Source: Laetmonice hystrix (lineage: Eukaryota). From it: a stretch of DNA of 64,000 nt. The position numbers and the translations under genes were made by a program. The notes below the pieces were generated by a model that was not told the DNA's origin, ran no database searches, and saw nothing but the letters and a program-made list of their open reading frames with translations. Shown here one piece after another: positions 1 to 12,779 of the stretch (its first letter is position 1; each line of letters begins with the position of its first letter). Location: assembly GCA_965235115.1 (NCBI GenBank), contig OZ249436.1, positions 54,810,001 to 54,874,000 on the forward strand. The letters are read 5' to 3'.

Positions 1-1279
1 TACAGCGTTCAATGTTTGTGTTTAAGCTATCTGATACCCGCTCTCTAAACGATACAATACGTCACAGATCCGTGAGGTGTTGCTCGATAACAATGGTCCA
101 AGGAACTCAATTCTTTGACCCATAGGATCAATTGAATTTTTAGATTTAGGGTTCTCAGCATTAGCCACGATGACGGCGGTCGGTTTGAACGGCAGTGGTA
201 ACCGGAATACCGGGGAAGACGATCGACCTTGCATCAAGTATCCAACAAACTATATAAGAGAAAGTTACGTCCGAAGAACGTGGAGTGCTGCCCGAGCCTC
301 GTGTAGTCTGGTACCGGTGCTGTGGAATCAATTGAAAAACATAGTCTGCGAGTAAGAGGCAAAATCCTAATCTAAAAGTATGAGCGGTGTGGCTTAAACG
401 TCTGCTTCTGATCTGCCAGCCTCTAATCAAATCAGGCTTGGGGCTCGAAGAAGAAAATCTACGACAAACACAAATCCCCTAGCATCGCCGTGATATACTA
501 TAGAGAGTTTTATGTGATGCTGAAACTTAATCAGACAAAGATACAAAATAGTCCCAGAATACGGGGTGCGTCGCTGAAACTTTCCATGTGGCTTCCCATA
601 CGTCGCTCTCCCTAGCGACCCCTGGTGTCAAAGGTCAGCCCAGGGTCCTGTCCATCTCTTCCCGGGCGAGAGGTGCTGGACGTATAACAAGATGTGTGAT
701 GGGCCGGCTATCGGTTCTCAGGGTCTCTCAATAATCCGTTGGACAACTACCCCCGGGGATAGGCCAAGACGGACGTCTACCACAGCCGACCGGTAATGCT
801 CCACAAGAGGGCCAGCATGCTCTCTGAACCAATCAATCGACATGCCACAACCAAGGACAGCAGAGGACGAATAAAATATAGCTATCTCTCAGTTCGGCCA
901 GGTCACTGTGTCTAGTATTGACTTCTCGAGACGTCTGTGTGTAGACATATCTTGGGCGGCAGGAAACAAAATATGCGATGAAAGATCGACTGGTGCTCGT
1001 TTTGAAATATCTGACGTAAATTATGTGTCATCAGGGGTAACTGAAAGGTTCTTAAACCACGGATAAATGAGCCTGGAGGCTTGACGCTCATATACGTCCG
1101 TAGTGAACGCTATCCAAGGGCCTCTTAGGTAAAAGTTTTCATCAAATGAATATACATACATGTATAACTTTGTCTTCTGTTGATAGTTGAACGGGCCTGT
1201 GTTAATGTAGGTAGAGTTATGATAATGTGTTTTAATATTGGTTTTGCCTTTATGTTACAGACGAAAGTTAACCAAAATT

Positions 1280-3514
1280 ATGAACAGCACATTGACAGGA
1301 TTGGTCCTTGGCTTCACCTTGGCGGTGGCCTTGACCTTGACCTTGACACTTGACCTCGTGAATGGACAGAAGCTGCCAACAAGAGACGAAGACCACTTCC
1401 ACTTCCAGATCAGTCACGCCGAGATCTTCTACGACACGAAACTGCTACCAGATGGCGCTGAGGTGGCATCCTACCTCCAGAGAGGCGTGTGGCGCAGGTA
1501 AGTTAGAAATGTTAGATCAAGGGCGGATCAGGGATTTTAAAGGGGGGGGGGGGGGGTCAAAAGCGTGGTCCACAACGGTTAATTCAAGAGGATGTAGGTA
1601 CATTAAAAAACTGTAGCCAACCCCTTAAGTCTTTCACTCTCTTTTTAAATCCTTACTCAGTTTTGCTCTCCTTTGAAGTTTTGCGTCGCGTTCGTGCGTC
1701 GGAAACCACTGAGGTTAAATGCCCAGATACACAGACCGATTTACGGCCGGTTTTGAGATACGGCCGATTTTTCTCCACATAGTTTAAAATCGACCGTACC
1801 TCAAAATAGCCCGTAAATCGGTCTGTGTATCTGGCCATTTAGCCTTATAATCCCTATAGCATTTCTTTAAAATCACATAATCTTTAGTGTTGTCTCCACT
1901 TCAGATTTTTCTTCATGGTGGAGGACGATGACACGCCGGTGTCGCTGGTGGTGACCCCGTGCGCCTCGGCCGTCGACTGGAGGCTGTCACTTCACGACCT
2001 CCCGCCTGAAGCCAGTGGAGACAACCCGGGTATGTAAACCTCCCTCACCACGCCAGCTTCTTCTTCTTCTTTCTGCCTTTCTTCCTTTCTTTCCGGGATA
2101 TCATACCTGATATTGTGTACTGATTGAAGTGTAATCTTATCTTTTGTCGCCATTTCTTTCAGTGACGGACCAACTGTTTGATCAGCTGGAGATGGCCCAG
2201 ACAACCGTAACTCCTCCTGAGGTCACCATCCTCATGACCTACTCGGGTCACGAGACACAAACGTACACCATCGCCGACTGTCCTGCCGGCGTCCTCATGC
2301 TTGAACTGCGCACGCGCGACTACGACGCGTCCGTCCGTATGTACGCAACGACGACTCCACACTCAGATCACGCGTATCCCGAGTTACCACGAGATGCGAA
2401 CGTCCACGCCGCTTCCGTCACGAAACACAGCGTCACGCTCGACTGGAGAGAGAGCCTGACGAGTTCTCTACACCAGCAACAGGTAGAATACTGTGTCGCA
2501 GCCAACCGTCAAGGGAACTTTCGTTCCCAATGCGCCGTCACAGCGTACGTGTACGGCGACGACCCGCCTACAGCGCCACCTAACGCCGGTTTTGGGTTCG
2601 CTTGGGAACGCGACGGCAACAAGGAGGCCTCCACACCCGAACCGTCCGGTGGAGCGTCACTGCCCAAACGTGACGATATAGAATATATATGCGTTGGTAG
2701 AAAGCTCTCCTACACGTTTACAAACCTACGCTCCAACCAGAAATACTACTTCGATGTGTTTGCAGTGAACATGAACTCAAACAGAAGCACGTCCTATACT
2801 GGACTGGCAATCAAGACACACTCTTATAACAAAACTATTCCGCTCAAAGACGGAAAGGTCCTGGAAGCGTTCGTCAAAAGGTCCAGAGGACGCCAGAGCT
2901 TCCGGTTCAACCCGAAGAGCGGCGAAAACGAGGCCGTAATCGCGCTGCAACCCTGCACGGGGCAGATTCTCGTCGAGGTTTCAAATGACGGTGAGACGAT
3001 AGCGAGGAACACGGTAGCCTCGCTTTGGACTGTCACTGTGCCGGTAGTCGCGGAAGGAACCTACCTAATCCACGTGACCCCGCTCCGACACCGAAGTGTC
3101 TCCTTTAAAATATATGCGTCGACCAGAGCCAATAAATACCCTTTCCCGGACCTCGCTGACGATACGCAGATCAAGGTGTTCGAGGGACAACGCGAATGCA
3201 GCTCGCTGACAGTTGCTTGGCTTGGAACCAGGCGGCGCCAACAGTACTGCCTCTATGTGAAGCGTGTCCCCAGTGAGCAGGCAATTTTTTTTAGGGAGAA
3301 AAACCAATGTGCTGGACAAAGTGCACGGAAGAAAAGTGAAAAGGTCATGTGTAAGAACTTCCGCTACAAGAACCCACGACGGTCAGTGATAACAGAGACT
3401 GTGCGAGGATTGCAAACTAACAGTTCGTACATATTCGATGTGTATGTCCGACGTCAGGGTGGAGAAACCATGCAGTACCAGACCGCCTGGGGACAAACAC
3501 GCGCTCACTGCTAA
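1280..3514 (+). CDS. NDNF: Neuron-derived neurotrophic factor (NDNF / nord-like) secreted fibronectin type III protein; coding exons 1280-1497, 1905-2029, 2163-3514 (1695 nt, 564 aa)
   Basis: Signal peptide followed by QKLPTRDE...PDGAEVASYL; exon 2 gives RFFFMVEDDTPVSLVVTPC; exon 3 has YPELPRD, YYFDVFAVN, LTVAWLGT and YIFDVYV, all characteristic of NDNF. GT-AG introns 1498-1904 (phase 2) and 2030-2162 (phase 1) keep the frame open. Confidence 0.95.
1718..1839. mobile_element. Short palindromic MITE (PIF/Harbinger-like) in an NDNF intron
   Basis: TIRs aatgcccagatacacagaccgatttacgg / ccgtaaatcggtctgtgtatctggccatt with TWA-type flanks. A half copy of the same family occurs at ~29829-29897 and ~40064-40132. 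Confidence 0.7.
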
Positions 3515-6498
3515 AGTGGAAGAGACAAAGTCGCCACAACTGGGGGCGTGTTGATTAGATACGGTCCGGAATAACCACCGGTCCAAAAAATCATTTTTTT
3601 TTGCGTTCTATAGATTAATGAATGACTTACCGGATGGCGGATTATGTTCCCAGAGCGTATTCCGTGACAGAGTAGACTGTGGTGCCATGATGTTGGGCCA
3701 ACAAAACGTGTTCGTCACCAGCGCGTTACTTTAACCTTTGTGATAAGATAGGAATATTTTGCCGTCTATGAATGCCTTTTGGTTTCCGTTAAATGTGGTC
3801 GAAATGGTTTCAGTGTATATACGAAGCTTCCGCCAAAGAATCTATTGGGTCCGAAAACGTCGAAGAGGAGCATTATCCTATGCACAGATCAACCTGCCCA
3901 ATACTACAAAGTACAAAATATCAAGGTATGGAAAGGTCATTTGGCGCATTTTATGTAACCTAAATTATATTACTTTAACCCAGTAGAGATTAAATCATAC
4001 AGTATCAACCCTATACCCAAAATGTCGCTGGCAGATGGCTAGACAACCTTATAGACAATGCATGCTGGTGAAATATATGTAGTTTTACGTCTTACGCACA
4101 ACTTACTCGTACACAATTCACAATTTGGCTGATTGAGGCCCTGGACTACTTTCTTGGAACTTGAGGTCTTTTCATGCGAGGGGGTGTACTTGGGTTGTGC
4201 TGTAGATGTTAACCGAATGTCGGCGGCGGGATCACACCGCGTGTGCTCTCTCGATTGGCAAGTCAGATATAACCGACAGCGCTCGAACACTGCTCAGGAT
4301 AAACAGTGTTGTTGGATGATACTTGATGGTGTCCTGAGATACGGAAGGAGATTTACAGTCTGACTACTAGGGACCGGGACGGTGTTGTTTTCACTCATAC
4401 AGAAAACGGAACGAGCTCGTGGCTGCGACCTCTTGACGTTGTGTAATAAATTCATAATCTAAGGCCAACCGGAAGTATCCCATTTGGGGAGAAATCTGGA
4501 GAATTCAGCTCGGCGTAGATATAGAGACGAAAGAGACATATTGTAATGTACAACAGCGTACTGATATCTAGTGATATAAATCTGCCGTATACGTCCTTCA
4601 TTATGCTCAACGGTACGACTGCTCTGTTATTTGGCGCCAAACTGTTTGTCGTCTGCCGCTGTTCACCGAGAGGCGCCGTCTGGCGGCGGATGGAAGAATA
4701 TATAATAGTTTGTATGTATAATTTATATGGGTATGATTCATGGGATAGATCATCATGTATATAGTACTTTTATATATTTTTGGAATGTGTTTCCTTAAGG
4801 AACATGTAAGAGTAAGAGTTATTCGTGTTACGGCCTGAGTATATTTGGTGATAGCTGTTTTATCTTTTTTTCCGTGTGCAGTTGATGTAAAGGAGATTGA
4901 ATGTAGGATTGTATTCTTCATGTTGAACGATATCTAAGTGTACACAGTTTCTATTTCCCTCATCAAGAACCCGTTCGTGTTTATTCACTCTTAGATCGTT
5001 TATGATGTTTTGATGTTATAAGTGTTACGTTGAATATAGATATTTATTAGATACGCCTTGTATATTGGCCAGGGGAATACCCATAAGGTCATGGGCTCAT
5101 ATTTAGGAAAGACATAACGTTATTATAATGAGTATCGCTTATCGTCGTTGCCAGCTCGTTATAGTTGTTGTCATTGAAACATTTGGATTCAACGTCTATT
5201 TAATATGCACCATAGATTAAATATTATTTTTATCATTTGTACATTTATAAAAATGATAGCTCTATGATATACTATTAGAGACCTGTACTTGCAAATCGAA
5301 TAGGACGTTGACGTTTTGCTCCTGCCCTACATTGACGTGTCATGCTAATGTTGCCTTTACCAGTGAAATGCGGCCTAGTCTAGATGATTATTATGTGCAT
5401 ACATTAGAAATTAATGTTTGTAACATTCGTTGAATATCACTTGGCCGAAACCTAAAATTTAGAATTTCTGTAGGTTTTTGAAAATATAGCAGATTTAACA
5501 GAGAGATAAAGAACACTTTGTCCTTATATGGAATTGGTGTGGCACATCAAGGTTGCCACTAGATGGCGCTAATGAATTAGTATCCCATTGTCCGCAGCGA
5601 TTGCCACGTAATTTAAGAGTGTTACGAATCTACTCATAGACTTACACAGCATTTCAGTCACAGTGGCTAACGTCAAGAGCTATATATGAGTAGAAATCGA
5701 ACAGATTACAACATTATAGCATTAGAAGCAACACGTAGGAATGATTGGTTATTTCCCCTATAGATGGCGCTTCCGCTCACCTTAAAGCCCTCAGCTGGAG
5801 CATGGTGCGGAGTCCTGCCACCGCTGGTCGGGTGCAGAATATCCCCCCGCATAATTCTACAACATCGATTTCTAGACACCACTGTGCCAGACTTCAGCCC
5901 GTCGTAATTGAACCAATTCATGGCATCCAGCACATCCGTCTGTAGGTCTTAAATGGGTCCGTTGTTCCGGTAATCGGCTTTGTATAAGAATAACAGCAGC
6001 TGAACCTATACTGCAGCATACAGAAATACGTCTAAGCCTCCTAGTAAAGCTTCCTTTCCATTGCTTGAGTGAGTGATCATACTGTTGTATCGTTAGAAGT
6101 CACAAACAGTATTGTACCAAAGAATGGTTCATTAACATTGTGTATATTTACTGTTTCCTTCAGAATGTTTATCATAAGCGTTACTTTAGGTGGTACATTA
6201 TGCGTATAGCCACACGGTTGTTTGAGTTATAATACGCGTATACCTCAAAAGGGTGGTTCTATTATTATTATTATTATAGAGACGGGGAAAAAGAGAAGAC
6301 TGGGGTATGTTGTGAGGTACGTGATCCCAGCCAGTATAGTGCTCAGAAGGGTATGTATGTTTGTTGCATCTTTAAGCTACTGACTCTTCCGGTATTCTAG
6401 ACTGTACGCACTTTGGTGCTGGCGTGCATCGACTTGGTAGTGTATATATGTTCGTTTATGTGCCCACTCGAGCCCTGTCAGTGGTGGTAGCTGCTAAA

Positions 6499-6540
6499 AA
6501 TAAATACATGGATCTCAACTAGATTTCTTGTGTCTTTATT
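6499..6540. terminator. Candidate bidirectional polyadenylation site: AATAAA on + (6499-6504) and AATAAA on - (6540-6535)
   Basis: Two opposed canonical signals 30 nt apart, each followed by U/GU-rich sequence, between convergent NDNF (+) and the 321-aa ORF (-). Confidence 0.45.
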
Positions 6541-6877
6541 GCCGTTATATGTTATTCATCACTCCATAGTACATTATGTACAGCGCATAGTAAACGTGCA
6601 CGGAATCAGTTGTATTGTACCTGTAGGATTATATAGATGGCTAAATATTCTAGTCTAAAATTATGAGTTATTTAATGCACATATTATATACATGTGAAGC
6701 TATACCAATACCAAGAATGCCAGAAATTACCAAATCACTGTTTTCGAGAAGGTTCTCCTTACCAAGTGTCGACAGCCGTTTGTGCTATTTGATTCCTATG
6801 TTGGACTCTCACGTTTTCAATAAATATGTTTGTTAAAGGACACGAATTTTTCCGAATTCATGACCATTTTTTCTCTC

Positions 6878-7843
6878 CTACGGCCTTGACTTTCCGCTTT
6901 TCACGCCGAATGACTTTTTAAATGTCGGGCTGTGGAATCGAGCGTCAGAGCCGCCATCTTGCTCCGTGTTTTTATTTTCTTTTCTCTTTTGGTCCTCATT
7001 GCTGGCCACACTAAATTCCGGGGAGGACACATATGGCGGGGAGAGGGTGGGGAAGACAACGGCTGGTTTGCTCCTCCTGAAGCGTTGTCCTTTCCGGCCG
7101 TAGGACCGCTCCAGGCCGTCGTCTGAACAGTAACCGGTGTTTTCCCCCTCCAGTAAGCTGAACCCGAACGCACCAGGTCGCACCGTGGGCGCCAGCGACG
7201 TCAACATCCGGGCAAACCGGTCGTCCAGCGTGGCGTTCTTGAACTCTTTGACGTCGCTGCTGCAGTAGGTGTTGTAGCGAACCAACTTCTTGGGGTCCAC
7301 CTGAATGACAGTTGGAAGCTTGGTGGTGTAGGTGACGTCATGATGCTGCAAGATCTCGGTCCGTTCTCGCCGGATGTTCATGTACGGAAGCAGTTTGCCG
7401 TCAATGACTCCTGCTTCCTTAACGGCTTCTTCTTTTTTCTCGTAGTACTGAGGACTCTGGTAGACCACCACCATGCTGGGCCGGCGGCTGCTGTCCGACC
7501 GCAGGTTCGGGAAGTTCATGGTGGCCGCTCCCATCTCGTCCTGGCTTTTCCATTTGCGATTCTTCCGCAGTTGAGTTTCTATGAAGTTGCGCTTGTTCTG
7601 GTCAAAGATGTTTGAGAGTTTGTTTTGGCGGTGACTGATGGCGCTTAGTTTCATGTTTAGGTGCCTGTCCTGGGAAGTGTTTTCGTGAAGAATTGCGTGA
7701 GATATCCGCGTTTTGGGAAGAGCATGTTTGATGCTCAAGTATTCCTGTTCCTTGACGGTTTTCGGCTCGGACTTGGGGTCCACGGCGCTGAGTAAACTGG
7801 TGTTTGTGTTGGTTGCCATTGTCATGGTTCCAGGAGCGGACAT
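6878..7843 (-). CDS. Uncharacterised protein, single coding exon, 321 aa from the first ATG (MSAPGTMTM...)
   Basis: 966-nt ORF with GC3-biased codons in the central part; helical-looking N-terminal segment (HENTSQDRHLNMKLSAISHRQNKLSNIFDQNKRNF); AATAAA downstream on -. No domain recognised. Confidence 0.75.
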   Translation of the reverse strand: MSAPGTMTMATNTNTSLLSAVDPKSEPKTVKEQEYLSIKHALPKTRISHAILHENTSQDRHLNMKLSAISHRQNKLSNIFDQNKRNFIETQLRKNRKWKSQDEMGAATMNFPNLRSDSSRRPSMVVVYQSPQYYEKKEEAVKEAGVIDGKLLPYMNIRRERTEILQHHDVTYTTKLPTVIQVDPKKLVRYNTYCSSDVKEFKNATLDDRFARMLTSLAPTVRPGAFGFSLLEGENTGYCSDDGLERSYGRKGQRFRRSKPAVVFPTLSPPYVSSPEFSVASNEDQKRKENKNTEQDGGSDARFHSPTFKKSFGVKSGKSRP

Positions 7844-9415
7844 CCTTATAATAGAACGAAACTTGGGCTTATGGCTAATATCGGTGTACAATTATGAAGT
7901 GTGAAATCCAGATTTCACTATGAGTACATTAGATTTTCGGCAATGTATCTCCTAAAAGGCGATGCCATCCGATCACTTGACTAATATAAGACAAGGAATT
8001 GCCTTGCTATTTTGGTGAAAGAAAAGTTGTTTAAACAATTACCATGGAATGTGTCAAATGAAGCTCTCTGTCCGTTTTAGTCCGTCCTCAAGAGCTGATA
8101 GAGCAATTGGTTCATGATATCCAAAGCAATCACCATACAGATCGCGTACCGTATACATGGATAGCCAGTGCCTAAGTTTGTTCAGTTATTGGCAGTCCGA
8201 AGTGACAAAATGCCAGATTATTTGTAGCGCACCAGCTGGACGTAATCAAGTAGTTATGGAGCCTCATACGTCATCATTGGTGCACTGCCCGCGTTAGTTA
8301 CAACAGTTGGTGGTATACTGCCATGCTTCCCGTTCGAACTGTCATACACCATGTTCAATGTTTGTAGATACGCCAAAGTAGACTTACTTCATGTTGTTTG
8401 GGACCCTGTCCTGGAATATTTGAACATTCTATTGTTTCCTTGAGAAATGTGGAGGTTGGTGGTTTTTAAATGCATCGAATATATCCAACCGCGAAGCAAG
8501 CTCTGGCACTATTTTCTCATTTTCTCCTGCTGAGTTGGTGTGTGGTCCCCTGCGAGAAGAATTCTTTGATCTGGCCACCTACCTTCGGCCTCTCTGATAC
8601 AATATACTCTGCAGTAGGCCCGCTGACCAATGTATAGTAGTAGAGTTTGCGATCTTGCCAGCCATGCCAGTTCTTAATTCGGCCCGTATCTTGGCTGCTA
8701 TATTCGGTCGTTTCGTTGGCTTAAGTATCGCAGAAAAATTATCAACGGTCTAGTGATTTTCTGAGACTCGTTAAATGAAAACGAGGACGTGATTATTAAT
8801 GCGTGAAATGGTCATTTCTTGCCGGACTCCGCGGGGTTCGGTGCGGGGTGGGTCTGGGATGGTTTGAAGACAAGGAACGATATTCCGTGAGATAGGGATT
8901 AATTTTTCTAGAACAGTGATATTATCAGAACTTGTGGTGGCAGTTTTCATTATGTGGTTTAATTTCTTTTAAGGGCGAGAGTGAATATTCTTGTGTTTTT
9001 ATTTATAAATGATTCCATGCCATCCAGGTTCAGTGAACCTCTCTCGAGGCCTACAGACTGATTTGTCCTCCGCATGTAGATCGGGTGTAGATGGGTGATT
9101 ATTACTCGCCTCGAGCATTGAAATAAATAGGGAAAAATATATTTGCCTTAAACATAAATAGGAAATTGCACTTGTGCCTCCTTTCCCTCAGTGTTTGCGA
9201 ACCTTTCGTCCCCCGTTAAAGAATGCCCCCTTATTGGGAGATGTTTAGTATACCAGAACGCCGGATGTAGTCGCGGATAATCTCCTTAATCTGTGTACAG
9301 TTGCGACCGGGGAAGAATTCAGAAGGCCACTGAACGAGAAGCTTTAAGTATATCGATACCTGTAACATACGTCGGAGCTTAAGGATTGACATATACTCTG
9401 ATTATAATTATGATT

Positions 9416-9420
<5 letters not shown>

Positions 9421-9499
<79 letters not shown>

Positions 9500-9505
9500 G
9501 GAGAG
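9421..9505. repeat. (GA)n microsatellite
   Basis: Long GA dinucleotide run with a few GACA interruptions. Confidence 0.98.
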
Positions 9506-9965
9506 ATGGTGACCATTTGTTTTTGCCAGTGGTAACACTTTTAAGTAGATCTAATGTAATTGTTTGCATTTGTATCCGAAGGATTACAAATTGATACGTG
9601 TGTCTCGAGCGTCTTAATAATGTCCCATTCACACGGCGGCCAACAACGAAACCGACACCGATAGGCGTCGGCGGCAGTGTGAATGCAGCTTAGTAAATCA
9701 TGAGTACGCCGTAATAACTTTTATCACAGGTCAAAGTAAAAATGTAGTTATAGACTGGTTTACCCGTAGTCAGTTCTCCGCTTCACTGCTGACTACAGTT
9801 ATATTCTGCCGGTCTGTCCTTCACGAAAACTCTTTAATACGTCTGCAATGGCGCCATTTTGTTTACCTGAGAACTCGTCAGTCACGGAGAACGAGATCTC
9901 GAACTTCTTCCGATGGCGGTGGATATCACCAATTTTAATTAGCAGTAATGAGATTCAAAAGGCTA

Positions 9966-10995
9966 CACTCTAAAAACAGATTGGTTAAAACAACCAGGAT
10001 CCTGGTTAAAATCAACCAATCTTCTGCATGGATATGTGTCCAGTCGATCTCATGGTCAAAATAACCAATCCAATATCGTTACCCTATTAACCAAATGTGG
10101 ATTGGTCGTTTGTTGACCAATATGCACCGTCATCACAACCATTATTTTGGTTAATACCCAGCAGGCAAAACTCATGGATTTCCCGTGGAATACACGTGGA
10201 TATGACCCGTGGAATACGTCTGTATGTAATTTAAAAGAGTAATCCATGTGGATATGTCCATTTTATTTTAGCCATGATATAGCCGCCATGGTTGAGTGGT
10301 CACTGACTCCAAGACCCCTATGCCGTTTTGGCGCTGCTGGTGGGATTCGAACCGTCGATCATAGATCCGCGTCTCTGCCCATTCGGCACGGTTGTTTTTC
10401 CTCGTGTTGCTATCAATAAACCCCCGAGTGTTAGCGAGGGGGTTTATTGATAGCACCACTCGGTTGATTATTTTTTCTCGAAAGAAACCAAGGAGTTCTA
10501 GACACAAAATTAACTTCGTATGTAAATAAATTGTTGAAAGTAAACAAAGAATCCAGAGGGGTGTTCATAGCCTGGTCCCCTGCCTACCAGATATACGTAG
10601 CAGTCAATATAGACCTGGGCCCGGTTTTTAGTTCGTCATTTTACCAATCTTAATTGTGTTATGGTCTCTCATTGGCTGACTTCATTTGAAGGACCAATCA
10701 GAAGCTCTGAAACAATAGTTCAATCTTAAGATTTTAATCTTAAGACTCGGTTTGCAAACTAAACACCAGGGCCTGGGGACCAGGCTAGGGTGTTCAGGGA
10801 ACACGAGGCCCGTCGACTGGGTGTGCGAGATTGATCAGTGACCAAGTTTTATTGGTTGAAACTGAAACCAAACATATTGGTTAGCTGCCAATGCACTGTA
10901 TTGGTTAAAAAGTATCAAGGTACTTGGTTCAAACAACCAGTATACGGCTAATCAAACATATTGGTTATTTTGTTAACCAATCTGTTTTTAGAGTG
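9966..10995. mobile_element. Non-autonomous DNA transposon with CAC...GTG ends (EnSpm/CACTA-like), carrying nested insertions
   Basis: Perfect 23-bp TIRs CACTCTAAAAACAGATTGGTTAA (9966-9988) / TTAACCAATCTGTTTTTAGAGTG (10973-10995), TA on both flanks, subterminal AACCAA/TTGGTT repeats. The superfamily call is inference. Confidence 0.85.
10568..10787. mobile_element. Non-autonomous MITE with TAG...CTA termini and a 9-bp TSD (AcademH-like)
   Basis: TIR TAGCCTGGTCCCC / GGGGACCAGGCTA; GGGTGTTCA duplicated at 10559-10567 and 10788-10796. Confidence 0.8.
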
Positions 10996-11565
10996 TATGG
11001 AGCTTATCAGGTCCTACATGTGATCGTGTGGATAAATGCGTTAGCCTGATAAAGTGGTGATTCAAAACGGACAAATGGAAGGATAAGTAGCTAAAAAAGA
11101 CTGGTGTCAGCGTGTCACTACTCGGGTCGTCTTGGTTTTAACGTGTCAACTCTCGTCTGGTGAAGATAGAAAGAATCGCCGCGATATCGACTCGTATCCA
11201 CTGACACGAGATATTGTGCCCGCAATACGATTAACTTATCCCAGTGGGTTCAGACTGCTTAGTGTCAGCATGATGACCCTCCTAAGATGGATTTCTCATA
11301 AGTTACTGGAACTGTGATAAAATCGTTGCCCCATGTTTTCCTTAACGTTAGTATACCACACGAGGGCGAAGTGTAAAACCGTACGATACGTAAGCAAACA
11401 AGGGGTAACTAATAGTATACGACTTTGTAAGAAATGAAAGATCATTACACAGTGTTACGGGCTTGAGAGAGAAGCATGATCTTTGTAACGTAGGGGATAA
11501 ACTACGGGGTAGAGGACAGGTGCACTGTACTGTGGGGCCATCGTAGACCTAGCCGGGTCATCAGC

Positions 11566-11890
11566 CCATCGAAAACATGGACGCAAACGTTGAAGGTAGT
11601 TTCGTATCCTCCGTATTTCTCAAAAAAGATACAGATATTTTCGTCAATCCTGTTAAATGCCCTCGCTTTTCTGGATGTAGTGTCATCGGTCCCTACACCC
11701 ATCACGCATGACCATGTTGGCCACGTTCAAAGCAGAGATCGATCACTCCGTTGACGCTTACCAACGCAAAGGAAGCGGAAGTGCTTGAAGTTTGAGAACT
11801 TCCTTCCGCTTGTCGGTTTTCTGACAAGTGAAATTACCCATCACCTGACCTAACACAGCGGGTGCGTCTGGTAGGCAGGGGACCAGGCTA
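11566..11890. mobile_element. Right-end fragment of the same TAG...CTA MITE family; a diverged second copy lies at ~54260-54611
   Basis: Ends in ...ctggtaggcaggggaccaggcta, the reverse complement of 10568-10590. About 330 bp is colinear with 54260-54611. Confidence 0.7.
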
Positions 11891-12071
11891 TATATCTATC
11901 GTAGACCGACCATACTCGACTACAACGAAAGATAGTTTTACAAATAGATAGAATGAGGCATTAGACAACGAATACAAAAATACAACATATTTCTATAATA
12001 CAGGTTTACATTTCTTGTTTATTAGTTATTCGGCCAAAAACACCTATGTTTGCTAAGTTAATTTGCTGTGT

Positions 12072-12779
12072 TTACTCAGAGTTGGAGACGTGTTTAAGAG
12101 TCGTTTTCTGGTCGGCAGTCGTCGGTTGGAGACGATTACTTTGAAGGACAGAATCAAGCGTTGGACGCCAGACCTCTAAATACGCCACCGTCTTCGGTCT
12201 CTGACTCCCTCTGGTGGCCGATCGCTTACACGGCGCGAGGAACGGAAACGGCAGATTGCGCCACCTGGAGGACACAGCGGAGGTTAGGTGAGAGGGAAAC
12301 AGGTGCGTGTCGTGACTGCTGTACCGTATAGGAGGCAGGCCACTCGCCTGCTCACTCGATGATATCTTACTCGGCTTCCAGCACATCCTCACAGGGAGCT
12401 TCCCCTGACACTGTGGGGAACACGTTGAGAGGCTGGTCCTGTTACGTGAACCGTGTATGTCATAGGTGGGCCAGCGTGGAGTGACAAATCGACCTTGAAA
12501 CGTAGTAGCGGCATCTGTAGAATCTACCACTAGAGGGCCTGAAACGGATATCTGCCGGATACAATCGTCTTCTTCCATAGGCCTACCTGGGATATCAACT
12601 TGGCCTGAGCAATAATTCCTGTATGAAAATGAACGGGCCTGCTCGTTAAAAGTTCGGCTTGTACTCAAGCAATCGAATCCTTTCTCTAAATTAATAAAGT
12701 TTACCTTAATTGTTTCTCGCCTTAACTGTTTTTGCATTGCAATGGAAGGCTTTGCTGCGGGCCATACGTTCGTCTCCAT
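12072..12779 (-). CDS. Uncharacterised protein, single-exon ORF, 235 aa
   Basis: ATG-initiated 708-nt ORF; AATAAA on - at 12023-12018, ~50 nt after the stop. No domain recognised. Confidence 0.55.
   Translation of the reverse strand: METNVWPAAKPSIAMQKQLRRETIKVNFINLEKGFDCLSTSRTFNEQARSFSYRNYCSGQVDIPGRPMEEDDCIRQISVSGPLVVDSTDAATTFQGRFVTPRWPTYDIHGSRNRTSLSTCSPQCQGKLPVRMCWKPSKISSSEQASGLPPIRYSSHDTHLFPSHLTSAVSSRWRNLPFPFLAPCKRSATRGSQRPKTVAYLEVWRPTLDSVLQSNRLQPTTADQKTTLKHVSNSE

Noticed and set aside
10568..11890. One large element formed by pairing the 10568 TIR with the 11890 TIR
   Set aside because: No TSD for that pairing, and it would straddle the end of the enclosing element at 10995; the 9-bp TSD supports 10568-10787.
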